The notes: a model not told the origin generated them from the sequence alone. A stretch of DNA of 64,000 bases from Chloroflexota bacterium (GCA_016210175.1 JACQUQ010000025.1:142-64141), one strand, 5' to 3'. Positions 35,054 to 44,474 are shown, counted from the first letter of the stretch. Program-made: numbers and translations.

Positions 35054-35736
35054 GGCTGCCCGCTCCGGGCGTATCCTTCGTCAGCGGCGAGCGCCATCGC
35101 CGGGTTTGGGATGAGCCGCTGGTTGCGCGACCCACGCCACTCGCCCGCGCCTGTTGCCCGTGACCGAACGAATGGCCCATCGACAAGCAGGTCGGTGAGG
35201 CGAAGGACCTCATGCACCTCCGGTTCGCGCCGGCGGGCGAGGGCCTCAAGGGTGTAGCCGCTGTAGACGACGGTGTGGATGCCCGCCGCCTTGAGCTCGC
35301 GGAGGAGCGCCGCCAAGCCCTGCGGCTGGAACAGCGGCTCGCCCCCAAGCACCGTCACCCCATCCCTTGGGGTGCCCGACGGGTGCAGGAGGGCGGTCAC
35401 GACGTCGTCTACACTGAGCGCCACACCCCCGTCCGGGTCGTGCGTCTCCGGCACGTAGCAGCCAGGGCAGCGGATCGGGCAACCCTGGAGTTGCAGCACG
35501 CTCCGGCACCCCGGCCCGTCGACGACCGAGGCGTGGTAGATGCGGGCCACACGCAGCGTCGGTCCGGGCGTGTCCGTCGCTGCTGGTAGGGGCGTCGCGA
35601 CCAGCGGCCGCCCGCAATTGATCTCCCGCCCAGCCGGGAGGAGGTCGCCAGCGAGCGCCAACGCCTCCTCTACCGTGAGCCCTTCAAGGACTACCTTGCC
35701 GCTGGTGGGATCAAGGACCCAGGTGAACTCCGTCAC
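35050..35736 (-). CDS. NrdG/PflA-type radical SAM activating enzyme with N-terminal extension
   Basis: 228 aa with VVDGPGCRSVLQLQGCPIRCPGCYVPETH (CX3CX2C), LGGEPLFQ, YSGYTLEAL and LLVDGPFV...RGSRNQRLI. About 70 extra N-terminal residues. Confidence 0.8.
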   Translation of the reverse strand: MTEFTWVLDPTSGKVVLEGLTVEEALALAGDLLPAGREINCGRPLVATPLPAATDTPGPTLRVARIYHASVVDGPGCRSVLQLQGCPIRCPGCYVPETHDPDGGVALSVDDVVTALLHPSGTPRDGVTVLGGEPLFQPQGLAALLRELKAAGIHTVVYSGYTLEALARRREPEVHEVLRLTDLLVDGPFVRSRATGAGEWRGSRNQRLIPNPAMALAADEGYARSGQP

Positions 35737-35933
35737 TAGCCGCCCCTGGGCCGGGTCTGCGTCCGGACCTGCGGCCGCACGTAATACTCCGAGGTGTTCT
35801 GCTCCTGCCCGGGGTCGCCGAGCAGTTCCCTGGCGATCTTCGTGATATCATCGCAGGCCGGGCCGATGATGCCCTTCACTTGCAGTTCCAGCTTGCCCGT
35901 CGCAGGGTCGATCCTGAACTCGATTTCCGGCAT
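35736..35933 (-). CDS. DUF2997-like small protein
   Basis: 65 aa (MPEIEFRIDPATGKLELQVKGIIGPACDDITK...). AGGAGG lies 5 nt upstream of the start. Confidence 0.65.
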   Translation of the reverse strand: MPEIEFRIDPATGKLELQVKGIIGPACDDITKIARELLGDPGQEQNTSEYYVRPQVRTQTRPRGG

Positions 35934-35942
35934 AGCGCCCTC

Positions 35943-36338
35943 CTAGAAGCGGACCTGAATCTTGATTACGCTGCCCTCAACCGTCCGTCGAGCGGTGCCG
36001 CGCACCCGCCGCGCCACTTCCTGGACCACCTGCTCGCTGTAGGCGGTCCTGAGCTTCACCAGCAGCTGCCCGCTGTGCAGTGCCCGCTGGTCATACTCTG
36101 AGATGACCGGCACATACCCTTCTGGCGTCCGGCTGAATCCGATATCGTTGGAGGCGGCGCCCAGGAAGCGGCGGCGCACCACGATCTCCGCGGTTTCGGG
36201 CCGACGGTCACCCTGGTAGCCGAAGAGCGGGAGCGCTTCTCCTTCCTCGACCTCGGTATAACCGAGGGCAGCCAGCGCGGCCAGGAGCAGCCGCCTGTCT
36301 TTCAGCACGTAGTCCTGGAACATGAGGTATTTGCTCAT
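35943..36338 (-). CDS. DUF1257 (Ycf35-like) protein
   Basis: 131 aa (MSKYLMFQDYVLKDRRLLLAALAALGY...). GAGGAG upstream of the start. Sits between the AAA+ and DUF2997 genes, as in the conserved trio I recall. Confidence 0.65.
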   Translation of the reverse strand: MSKYLMFQDYVLKDRRLLLAALAALGYTEVEEGEALPLFGYQGDRRPETAEIVVRRRFLGAASNDIGFSRTPEGYVPVISEYDQRALHSGQLLVKLRTAYSEQVVQEVARRVRGTARRTVEGSVIKIQVRF

Positions 36339-36349
36339 GGCTCTCCTCG

Positions 36350-37957
36350 CTAGAATTCCATCAGCCGCTCACCGTCGGCGGCCGGCTTGCCCCGCACGGC
36401 GTCAATGGCCAGGTGCTCCTCCGCCCACCGGCGCAGCTCGTCGATCTCTTCGCGTTTCACCTCGCTCGTCGGCCGAATCGAACGGACCCGCCGCAAGATA
36501 TCCGCAGTCGTCAGGTCTCGTGCCCCGTCCATGAAGCTGTCCAGGAGCCCCGCTTTGACCGCTGCCTCGATCTCCGCGCCGGAGAAGCCATTGGCCGCCT
36601 CGGCCAGCTGCTCCAGCTCGAACGCCAGCGGGTCGCGGCCGCGCTTGGCAATGTGGACCCGGAAGATGTCGGCCCGATCCTCCGGGGTGGGCAGGTCCAC
36701 AAAGACAATCTGGCCGAAGCGTCCCTGCCGGGTTTGCTCGGGTGCCAGCTGCCGCACATCATTGGCCGTCGCGAAGACGAAGACCTCCTGTTGCTCGGCC
36801 ATCCAGTTCAGCAGGGCGCCGATGGTCCGCGCGGTCTCCCCTGCATCGGACTGAGCAGAAGACCGCAGGCCGCCGACGCCCTTCTCGAATTCGGACAGCC
36901 CGAGCACCGCTTTGAGCGTGGTGGCAATGGCGAGCGCCCGCCGGATGGACATGGCCGCCGAGCCGATGATGCCGCCTCCTTCGCCCATGACGGCGCCCAT
37001 GTCGAGATCCAGGAGCGGGCGGCCGAAAATCCCGGCGGCGATCTTCTTGCAGAGGTCCTTGCCACAGCCGGGCAGACCGACCAGGAGCACCCCCTTGGAG
37101 GGCTCGACGCCATAGGCGCGGGCAGCCGGGCTGAACGTGGCCGCTGCCTGCTGGAGCAGCGTCCGCAGGCTCCCGTAGCCGCCCAGATGGTCCACCGGCT
37201 CCGGATGGCTGTAGGAAAGGCTGCCGCTGCGACGGATCACCGCACGCTTCTCGTCAAGGATGAGCGGTACTGCCTCCGGAACGATACCGCGGTGGGTGAT
37301 CGCCGCTTTGGCGAGCGCATTCTCGATTTCCGTCTCCGTCAGGCCAAGGAGCGCCTGCGCGAGCTGCTCGCGGGTGCGTTCATCGACCTGAAGCGTCACG
37401 TCCGGGTTCTCGGCCAGGCGATCCAACTGAACATCGAGCAGCTTCGTCACCTCGCGCTCGTCCGGCAGCGGCAGGTCGATGCTCTTGATCTCTTTTTCCA
37501 GCGCGGGAATCTCCGGGAAGCTCGGTCCGACGAGCAGGACCGTGACCGCGCGCGTCTTGATCTGCCAGGCCAGCTCTCGCAGCCGCCGGACGAGTTGCGG
37601 CTCCTCCTGGCCGAAGGGGGCCAGGTACGGCGCGTAGTCACAGAGGATGTACAGGCCACGGTCGGCCTCGGCGATACGGTCGAGCACCGATAGAGGGTCC
37701 TCGGTATCCGGGACGAGCCGTTCTCCTTCGTGCGGTCCCAGGCCGGGACCGGCGACCTGACGGAGACCCTGCGTCCTGCTCCACAGGTAGAGCCCCTTCG
37801 GCTTATGCCGTTCGAGCTGGGCCACCGCGGTCATCAGGCGGCGGAACCGTACTTCCTCGAAGGTGGCGACGCTGATGAGGGGGTAGCGTGCGCGGATCAG
37901 GATGTCCAGCTCACGCACCAGCGCGTCCAGTCCGAAGGTGTCGCGTGATTGTGTCAT
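36350..37957 (-). CDS. Ycf46-like AAA+ ATPase with atypical Walker motifs
   Basis: 535 aa. AAGGAG upstream of the start. Has GVLLVGLPGCGKD (Walker A with Asp in place of Ser/Thr), VLGLSEFEKG (Walker B with Ser-Glu in place of Asp-Glu), FATAND (sensor 1) and GRFGQIVFVDLP. Confidence 0.8.
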   Translation of the reverse strand: MTQSRDTFGLDALVRELDILIRARYPLISVATFEEVRFRRLMTAVAQLERHKPKGLYLWSRTQGLRQVAGPGLGPHEGERLVPDTEDPLSVLDRIAEADRGLYILCDYAPYLAPFGQEEPQLVRRLRELAWQIKTRAVTVLLVGPSFPEIPALEKEIKSIDLPLPDEREVTKLLDVQLDRLAENPDVTLQVDERTREQLAQALLGLTETEIENALAKAAITHRGIVPEAVPLILDEKRAVIRRSGSLSYSHPEPVDHLGGYGSLRTLLQQAAATFSPAARAYGVEPSKGVLLVGLPGCGKDLCKKIAAGIFGRPLLDLDMGAVMGEGGGIIGSAAMSIRRALAIATTLKAVLGLSEFEKGVGGLRSSAQSDAGETARTIGALLNWMAEQQEVFVFATANDVRQLAPEQTRQGRFGQIVFVDLPTPEDRADIFRVHIAKRGRDPLAFELEQLAEAANGFSGAEIEAAVKAGLLDSFMDGARDLTTADILRRVRSIRPTSEVKREEIDELRRWAEEHLAIDAVRGKPAADGERLMEF

Positions 37958-38031
37958 GGAAAATCTCCTTTGGTGCGAGAAGGCCCGCCGCCCGAACGGG
38001 GTCGGGGGCGGGCCACACGCCCGCTCGGGCG

Positions 38032-39300
38032 CTAGATCTCAAGCGCACCCATGCGGTGCGGCTCGGTCAGGTCCCGCGCGTCGGCGTAGCAGAGCTCGAT
38101 GATGTCGCCGAGCACCTGGTCGATGGGACCAGGATTCCGCTGCTTCCTGCCCGCAGGCCGGGTGGCGAGGCTCTGCAGCTCAGCGATGAGCGTCTCCAAC
38201 TGCTGGTCGGACTGCCAGTTCATCAAACGGAACCAGCGCGCCAGCTCCCGCGCCCGCTTTGCTGACGTACCGTGTAGGTATCCATGCTTCTGCAGCGACG
38301 TGCGCATGGCGGTAGCCGCCTCGAAGATGGCAGCGTGGAGCTGCTTGGCCCCTTCCTCCAGCGGGCTCATCGCCTCCTGGAGACGTTCCTTCGCGGCCTC
38401 GACCTTGAGCCTGCGTAACCGCTCTTTGACCTCCGCTTCCCGCTGCCGCTCCTGCTCTTCCGCCTGAAGCCGCCGGCGAATGCGCTCCTCCTCGGCCCAG
38501 AACTCCTCCTGGACCAGGTGCTCGCGGGCTTCCTGACGCCGCCGTTCCAGGCGGAGCTGCGCCTCAGCCTCGTCCAGTTTGCGGCGCTCCTCGCGGGCCC
38601 GGCGCTGCTCCTCCAGCATCTCGCTGCCGAGCAGGATGACCCCGACGCGATAGCCCAGGGTCAGCTTCCGCTGCAGATCCTCCGGACCCGGCAGGGCAGC
38701 GAGGACGCCCCGCAGCACCGCGTCCTGAAAGCCCTCGGGAATGACGTGGCCTGTCGCCTCCAGCCGCCGGGCAGAGTCAGCAGCGAGCTGGAGGATTGTC
38801 GCGATGACCTCTTCCCGCACGGCATCGTACTGTTCGAGCACGCTCTCCTTGGCGCTCTCCAGCGCTGCCCGTGCGGCGTCGAACTCGCTCTCAAAGGCGT
38901 CAAAGGCGCGCCAGGGGATCCAGCGATAGGCCGGTGTTTCGAACAGCGTTTCTGTCAGGCGGAACCGATAGGAATAGCGGTGCAGGGCGGCGTGGGCGCG
39001 GGCAGCGGGCCGAAGCAGCGGAAGCCGGTAGCGGTCCGGCAGCAGGCCGCACCGCGGCGGCCGGAAGGCCAGGTCGGACCCGCGAGGCAGGCTGATGCCC
39101 AGCGCCTGCCAGTCGAGGCGCCGGTCCAGGAGACCGAAGCCGCTGGCATCGACGTTGACGAACACGCCGTCATCTTCCAGCACGGACAGGTCGAACGGGA
39201 GACGCTCGACCTGCTGCGGTTCCGCGCCGACGCGCTCGGCAGCGCGCTCGGCACGGGCTGTTGCGGTATGGTTCATGGGAAGGAGGGACGTATCAAGCAT
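38032..39300 (-). CDS. Hypothetical protein with central Arg/Glu coiled coil (possibly DUF3150-like)
   Basis: Start at Met57 of the track ORF (MLDTSLLPMNH...), overlapping the radC stop by 8 nt. 422 aa. Confidence 0.6.
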   Translation of the reverse strand: MLDTSLLPMNHTATARAERAAERVGAEPQQVERLPFDLSVLEDDGVFVNVDASGFGLLDRRLDWQALGISLPRGSDLAFRPPRCGLLPDRYRLPLLRPAARAHAALHRYSYRFRLTETLFETPAYRWIPWRAFDAFESEFDAARAALESAKESVLEQYDAVREEVIATILQLAADSARRLEATGHVIPEGFQDAVLRGVLAALPGPEDLQRKLTLGYRVGVILLGSEMLEEQRRAREERRKLDEAEAQLRLERRRQEAREHLVQEEFWAEEERIRRRLQAEEQERQREAEVKERLRRLKVEAAKERLQEAMSPLEEGAKQLHAAIFEAATAMRTSLQKHGYLHGTSAKRARELARWFRLMNWQSDQQLETLIAELQSLATRPAGRKQRNPGPIDQVLGDIIELCYADARDLTEPHRMGALEI

Positions 39301-39928
39301 GGGTAAGACCTCCCTTATGCTCCTGCTGGCTCCCCCGGGGCAGGGTCGGACCGGGCGCGGATTGCTTGTCACCTGCTGGCGCAGGGTCAGCGCCGGGCGG
39401 GGTATAGAGGCCGCGCTCGCGGAGACTGACGTAGCCGTCACCACCGATGACCACGTGGTCGAGCACATCGATACCCAGCAGATCGCCTGCGCGGGCGGCC
39501 TCTGCGGTCATTCTGATGTCGTCGGGCGAGGGAGTCGGGTCATTCGAAGGATGGTTATGTACCAGCACGACCGCCGCAGCGCCGGTGCGAACGGCCTCCC
39601 GGAAGCAGTCCGCCAGTCGGACCACGGCAGCATTGAGGCCGCCCTGGTAGACCAGGCTGGTACCCATGACCTGGTTTCGGGCATCCAGCAAGACCACGCG
39701 CAGCTGCTCCTGAGCGAGATCGGTCAGTTCCGGCCCGAGATAGGCGGCGATGTCAGCGGGGTTCCGTACCTGCTGGCGTTCGGCATGGACTGTCAGTCGG
39801 GCGATCTCATAGCGTCCGGAAAGCTCACCGAGGAGCCGCAGGTTTTCCCGCACGAGATGGAGCAGCGTTGCCGCATCGGGCGGGAGCAGGCTGACCTGAC
39901 GATCGTCCGGGTCGGTCGTGCGTCTCAC
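39293..39928 (-). CDS. radC: RadC-like JAB-domain protein
   Basis: 211 aa. VLVHNHPSNDPTPSPDDIRMT is the RadC JAMM-like signature. GTG start overlaps the upstream stop. Confidence 0.85.
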   Translation of the reverse strand: MRRTTDPDDRQVSLLPPDAATLLHLVRENLRLLGELSGRYEIARLTVHAERQQVRNPADIAAYLGPELTDLAQEQLRVVLLDARNQVMGTSLVYQGGLNAAVVRLADCFREAVRTGAAAVVLVHNHPSNDPTPSPDDIRMTAEAARAGDLLGIDVLDHVVIGGDGYVSLRERGLYTPPGADPAPAGDKQSAPGPTLPRGSQQEHKGGLTHA

Positions 39929-40209
39929 GCGGCCCGATTCCGGCGGGCAGGGGCAATGTCCCAGGCCACCGGAGCGTGATAGCGGTCGGAGAGGCGGCGG
40001 TCAAGGGCAGAGCGAAACCGCGACGCCTGTTCATTACTGTCCGCTGCGTACAGGTCACTCACCTGCCGGGCCAGGACATCGAAGTCCGTGCGGTCGTAAA
40101 ACTGGCCGACATAGGCCACGAAGGTCTGTGCGAGCCGGGCCGGGCTCTTCGTCCGGACGGCAAGATCCAGTTGCTGTGACGGCGACAGCGTTTCATAGAG
40201 CCTGGACAT
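39925..40209 (-). CDS. Hypothetical small protein
   Basis: Start at Met33 of the track ORF (MSRLYETLSPSQQLDLAV...). GGAGG lies 6 nt upstream. Confidence 0.55.
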   Translation of the reverse strand: MSRLYETLSPSQQLDLAVRTKSPARLAQTFVAYVGQFYDRTDFDVLARQVSDLYAADSNEQASRFRSALDRRLSDRYHAPVAWDIAPARRNRAA

Positions 40210-40228
40210 ATCACACCTCCAGAAAGCG

Positions 40229-40258
40229 AGAGCGGAGCCTCGTTTGAGGCTCCGCTCT
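40229..40258. other. Perfect 13-bp stem / 4-nt loop hairpin
   Basis: AGAGCGGAGCCTC gttt GAGGCTCCGCTCT. Lies 230 nt after the ssb stop and immediately upstream of the SD of the next minus-strand gene. Confidence 0.6.
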
Positions 40259-40490
40259 CTATGGGCTGGGTATCCGCGCCACTCAGGCAGCGCGCGGCGG
40301 GCCATCGGGCTCTGCTGCCCGGTTGTCGAGGCTGCGGTACACCATCAGCAGCCTGAGGTGCGGCAGCGTGGGGCTTGCCACCAGGACCATCTCCCTGGCG
40401 CGGGACTCCGAGGCTCGCCAGAAGCGGGGCACTGGTATATGGCACAGAAGCCGTGCCCCTACCTTCGAGAGGCGCAGCGGAAACGCCAGG

Positions 40491-40880
40491 CTAGAACGGC
40501 GTATCATCGTCCCTGGCTTCTGTATCGGTGTCCTGCACACGGGCGTCGGCCTCCGGCCGCCGGTCGAGCAACAGGATTTCCGTGGCGACGATCTCGGCGA
40601 TTCGCCGCTTCTGGCCGTCCCGCTCCTCGCGGGTGCGATAGGTCAGGCGGCCGGCGACATACACCAGGCGGCCCTTCGCCAGGTACTGACCGGCGAACTC
40701 CGCCAGCTTCCGCCAGCAGATGATGTGGTGCCAGTCCGTCTCGGCTTGCGCGCCAGGAGCGGCGGGGCGGTCGGTCGCCAGGCTGAACCGGGTCATGGGC
40801 TGACCATCGGCGGTGAAGCGCATCTCGGCGTCATGACCGAGACGGCCGATAAGATCGACTCTGTTCAGGCTATAGGGCAT
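40491..40880 (-). CDS. ssb: Single-stranded DNA-binding protein
   Basis: 129 aa. OB fold (NRVDLIGRLGHDAEMRFT...WHHIICWRKLAE). Acidic tail ends DDDTPF. GGAGG upstream of the start. Confidence 0.9.
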   Translation of the reverse strand: MPYSLNRVDLIGRLGHDAEMRFTADGQPMTRFSLATDRPAAPGAQAETDWHHIICWRKLAEFAGQYLAKGRLVYVAGRLTYRTREERDGQKRRIAEIVATEILLLDRRPEADARVQDTDTEARDDDTPF

Positions 40881-40937
40881 CGGACACCTCCAGTTCGAGC
40901 AAGGAAAGAACAGGCTCGCGCCTGGCGCCCCGGGGCG

Positions 40938-41144
40938 CTAGCGCGGGGGAAGGCCCGCGACGAAGAGGCGGTCGGCCAGATCGTCGAGCACCTCGACGTC
41001 CATCTGGTCATCCGCGGCGAGCACGGCGAGGTCCGGATCGCCGAGCAAGAGGGCTCGGCCGGCCTCGAGCGCCCAGATTAGCATCGAGCGCTCGTCGTTG
41101 GTCAGCGTGACCAGGTAGGTATCTGCGCGGAGAGCGATCTGCAT
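40938..41144 (-). CDS. Hypothetical small acidic protein
   Basis: Start at Met33 of the track ORF (MQIALRADTYLVTL...). 68 aa. Confidence 0.45.
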   Translation of the reverse strand: MQIALRADTYLVTLTNDERSMLIWALEAGRALLLGDPDLAVLAADDQMDVEVLDDLADRLFVAGLPPR

Positions 41145-41184
41145 CGGGGTATCCTTTCTGCTGGAGGACGACGATCTGAAGAAT

Positions 41185-42243
41185 TCAGGCCGCCGCGAGT
41201 TGGGCCCGACCGACGGCATGGAGCAGGGTAGCGTCGCCATTGGGAAGCGTGGCCAGGTCAGCCACGTCCTTCACGCCGGGGAGCTGTACCACCATCGCCC
41301 GCGGGCCAAGGGCGCTTACGAGGTCCGCCGCCGCGGCTTGCCCAGCGGCGTCGCTATCCAGGGCGAGGTAGATGCGCGGGAATCGGGACAGCGCGCGGAC
41401 GGCGGCTGCGCCAGCGTGGGTACCTACCAGCGCCACAGCCGGCAGTCCCCAGCGCCGCAGCGTCAGCCAGTCGAAGACGCCCTCCGTCAGCCATACACTC
41501 TCAGCCGACGTGGTGGACTCCCAGCCAAGGAGCGGCTTGCGACCAGGCAGGCCCAGGTACTTCGGCACATCGGGGTAGGGCGTGCTGTCGAGGCTGCGAC
41601 CGATAAGCCAGACGGGCTGGCCCGCCCGGATTTCGGGCACCACGACCCGCCCTGCCAGGAACTCCCGGCCATCCCGCCGGACCAGCCCGACGCGTGCGGC
41701 CGCCTGGAGGGGCAACCCGCGCCACCGTAGGTAGCCCGCCAGTTCGTCTCCACTGGCGTAGCCCACGCGATGCCGCTCCAGCGTCGGGAGGTCCAGGCCG
41801 CGTGCCTCCACGTAGGCGAGGGCCCGGTCATCGCTCAGCAGCCGGTTGTGGTAAATCTCGACGGCGGCAGCCAGGCAGGCGCGCTCGTCCGGACCCCATG
41901 CCGGGCTATGGCGCCCGGTCATCCAGCGACGCGGGGCCGGTCGTACACGCGGCACTTCCGGCCGCTCCACCGTGCCCTGGATGCGCGCCACAGCATCCCG
42001 AAAGCCAAGGCCCTCCATCCGCTGGACGAAGCTGATGGCGTCGCCGCCACACCCGCAGCGGAAGCAATACCAGGTGCGGCTGGCAGGGTAGACGGCAAGG
42101 TTCGGCCTGCCGCGGTCCACGTGGAACGGGCAGCGCCCGATGAGACTGCGCCCGCTGGGGCGCAGTTCGATCCCGTAGCGGCCCACAATGTCCTCAATGG
42201 GGTACGCCTCTTTCAGAGACCTGGTGTCGATGCGTGTTGTCAT
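41185..42243 (-). CDS. DNA primase (CHC2 zinc finger + Toprim), no DnaB-interaction domain
   Basis: 352 aa with CPFHVDRGRPNLAVY...WYCFRCGCGGD (CHC2) and a Toprim region (WLTEGVFDW, YLALDSDAAG). AAGGAGG upstream of the start. Confidence 0.85.
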   Translation of the reverse strand: MTTRIDTRSLKEAYPIEDIVGRYGIELRPSGRSLIGRCPFHVDRGRPNLAVYPASRTWYCFRCGCGGDAISFVQRMEGLGFRDAVARIQGTVERPEVPRVRPAPRRWMTGRHSPAWGPDERACLAAAVEIYHNRLLSDDRALAYVEARGLDLPTLERHRVGYASGDELAGYLRWRGLPLQAAARVGLVRRDGREFLAGRVVVPEIRAGQPVWLIGRSLDSTPYPDVPKYLGLPGRKPLLGWESTTSAESVWLTEGVFDWLTLRRWGLPAVALVGTHAGAAAVRALSRFPRIYLALDSDAAGQAAAADLVSALGPRAMVVQLPGVKDVADLATLPNGDATLLHAVGRAQLAAA

Positions 42244-42269
42244 GATGTGCCTCCTTTGAACCGATAGGT

Positions 42270-44138
42270 TCAGGCCGCCCGTTCGGCTCCGCCGACGGGA
42301 AGACTCCGGAGAAAGCGCGACGGATGGCGCGGCACCGTGCGCTCACCACGCCGCCGGCTGCGGCACAGCGTCAGGTATAGACGCTCCCGCGGCCTGGTCA
42401 CCGCCACGTAGGCGACCCGGAGCTCGTCCTCAAGACCGGTGGCCTCCGAGGTCTGGACCAGGAGCGGGCGGTAATGCGGGAGCAGTCCTTCTTCCACACC
42501 GACGACGAACACGGCGCGCCACTCCCCGCCCTTGGCGCCATGGATCGTGGAAAGGACCACGCTTTCGTGATCCTCAGCGGGAGACCCGGCATCCTCACCG
42601 ACCTGGAGGTCGGCAAGCCAGTCACCGAGGTTTGTGGCGGCGTCTGCCGCCAGGGCGCGCAGCACGCCCAGGTGTGCCAGGCGAGCCGCGCCGTCAGGCT
42701 GACCCGCCAGCCAGGAACGGTAGCCCGTCTGGTCAAGCACCAGGTCCAGCGCCTGCGCGGGCCGGAGGTCTGCCGTCGCACGGTGCAGGTCCTCGATCAG
42801 CGACCTGAGGGTGACGGCGCCCGCAACGGCTGAGGCTCCGTATCGCTCCGCTCGGGCGGGCAGTTCCCCGATAGGAGCCGGACGCTTGCGGAGGTCATCG
42901 GCCAGCCGGGCCAGCCGGCGCGGCGGCACGTTGACGATGCGGGCCAGCGCCGCGGCATCCGCCGGCTGGTAGGCCAGGCGCAGGTAGGCGAGGGTGTCGC
43001 GCACTTCCCGCCGAGTGAAGAGGTCGCCGCTGCCGCGCACCCGGTACGGTACACGGCGCTCTCGGAGTGTGGCGGTGAGCGGATACGCCTGCTGGTTGGT
43101 CCGGTACAGGATGGCGACCTCGCCCGGGTGCTGGACGAGGCGCTCGGTGCACAGGCGCTCGATCTCCGCCGCCACAAAACTGGCCTCTGCTCGCTCGTCC
43201 TGGGCCATGTACAGGACCGTGAGATCGCCCGGCGGATTATCCGTCCACAGCGGCAGGCCGTACGGCAAAGCCGCACCGAGGGCGTTGGCAACCTCAACGA
43301 TATGCCCGGTGGAGCGGAAATTCCGGTCAAGGGAGACCACGCTGGCCTCCGGGAAGTCACGCTGGAAGTCGACGAGGAAGCGGACGTCGGCGCCCCGCCA
43401 GCCGTAGAGGGTCTGCCGGGGATCGCCGACGACGGCCAGATTGCGGTGCCGCTCGGTCAGCTGCCGCAGCAGGGTGTACTGGACGGCGCAGACATCCTGG
43501 AATTCATCGGACAGGACGTGACGGTAGGCGTCCTGGTAGAGCCGGAGAACCTCGGGCCGCGCGTTGAAGAGGCGCAGCGGCAGCGCCAGCATGGCAGCGT
43601 AGTCGACGACGCCGCGGCGATGCAGCAGCGACTCGTAGGCTTCGGCCAGAGCGCGCAGTCGCTCAGCAAGCTCTGGCGGCGCGTCGCCGGTGAGCCGGAA
43701 GCGCTCCAGGCCCCTGGCCAGGTCAACGAGCGACTCCTCTTCCAGGTCAATCCCCGCCTCGTCTGCGGCGTGGCGTAGCGCCTCCATCGCTTCGGCATCG
43801 CCGTACACTGCGACCGGGCCGGGACCCAGGCCAAGCTCCTCGCTCCAGTGCCGCACGATGCGCAGCCCGAAGGCGTGGAAGGTCGTCACATCAACATCCC
43901 GGCCTGATGCTCCCAGCATGGCGCCGAGGCGCGTGCGCAGCTCGCGTGCAGCCCTGGTCGTGAAGGTAATCGCCAGGATACTCGCCGGGCTTACCTGACG
44001 TCCGGTTACCAGGTAGGCGATGCGGGCCGCCAGAACCAGAGTCTTGCCGGACCCCGGTCCTGCGACAATGAGGAGCGGCCCATCGCCGGTCAGCACGGCC
44101 TGGCGCTGCTCCGGCGTCAGTCGCGAAAGGTCGAGCAT
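42270..44138 (-). CDS. UvrD/Rep/PcrA-family SF1 helicase
   Basis: 622 aa with LLIVAGPGSGKT (Walker A), VLSDEFQD, FRS and TIHGAKGGEW. Confidence 0.9.
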   Translation of the reverse strand: MLDLSRLTPEQRQAVLTGDGPLLIVAGPGSGKTLVLAARIAYLVTGRQVSPASILAITFTTRAARELRTRLGAMLGASGRDVDVTTFHAFGLRIVRHWSEELGLGPGPVAVYGDAEAMEALRHAADEAGIDLEEESLVDLARGLERFRLTGDAPPELAERLRALAEAYESLLHRRGVVDYAAMLALPLRLFNARPEVLRLYQDAYRHVLSDEFQDVCAVQYTLLRQLTERHRNLAVVGDPRQTLYGWRGADVRFLVDFQRDFPEASVVSLDRNFRSTGHIVEVANALGAALPYGLPLWTDNPPGDLTVLYMAQDERAEASFVAAEIERLCTERLVQHPGEVAILYRTNQQAYPLTATLRERRVPYRVRGSGDLFTRREVRDTLAYLRLAYQPADAAALARIVNVPPRRLARLADDLRKRPAPIGELPARAERYGASAVAGAVTLRSLIEDLHRATADLRPAQALDLVLDQTGYRSWLAGQPDGAARLAHLGVLRALAADAATNLGDWLADLQVGEDAGSPAEDHESVVLSTIHGAKGGEWRAVFVVGVEEGLLPHYRPLLVQTSEATGLEDELRVAYVAVTRPRERLYLTLCRSRRRGERTVPRHPSRFLRSLPVGGAERAA

Positions 44139-44141
44139 GCG

Positions 44142-44474
44142 TTATCCGGCATCGCCCAGCAGTTCCAACCAGCGGAGGTAGAACGCTGCATCGCGCACCC
44201 GCCACAGGCGGTCCTGGTTGAGCCGTCCGGCCAGCAGGCTGCTGATGAGGACGAAATCTGCGTTGGTATCGGTCTCATACCGGGCGAACAGCGCGCCGGC
44301 ATCTGCACAACGCCGCAGACCGGTGAGCAGCGCGTGCACGGCTGCCTCGGCCAGGTGCCTGCTCGGCTCCCGCTGGGGAAGCTCCGCGTGGCCCCGTCGC
44401 CAGAGCGCCACGGTGGCTCGGTCGTACCGGTTCAGGTCTTTCAGTGCTAGCGCCCTCCCATGCGCGCCTACCAT
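44142..44474 (-). CDS. Hypothetical protein
   Basis: Start at Met21 of the track ORF (MVGAHGRALALKDLNRY...). GAGGAG lies 5 nt upstream. Confidence 0.5.
   Translation of the reverse strand: MVGAHGRALALKDLNRYDRATVALWRRGHAELPQREPSRHLAEAAVHALLTGLRRCADAGALFARYETDTNADFVLISSLLAGRLNQDRLWRVRDAAFYLRWLELLGDAG

Noticed and set aside
39301-39468. Upstream 56 codons of the 478-aa track ORF (38032..39468). Similar upstream extensions occur at 58939..58998, 32949..32987, 29004..29165, 30220..30345 and 51949..52230.
   Set aside because: The extensions overlap the preceding gene in another frame and look low-complexity. Internal starts with SD sequences fit operon spacing.
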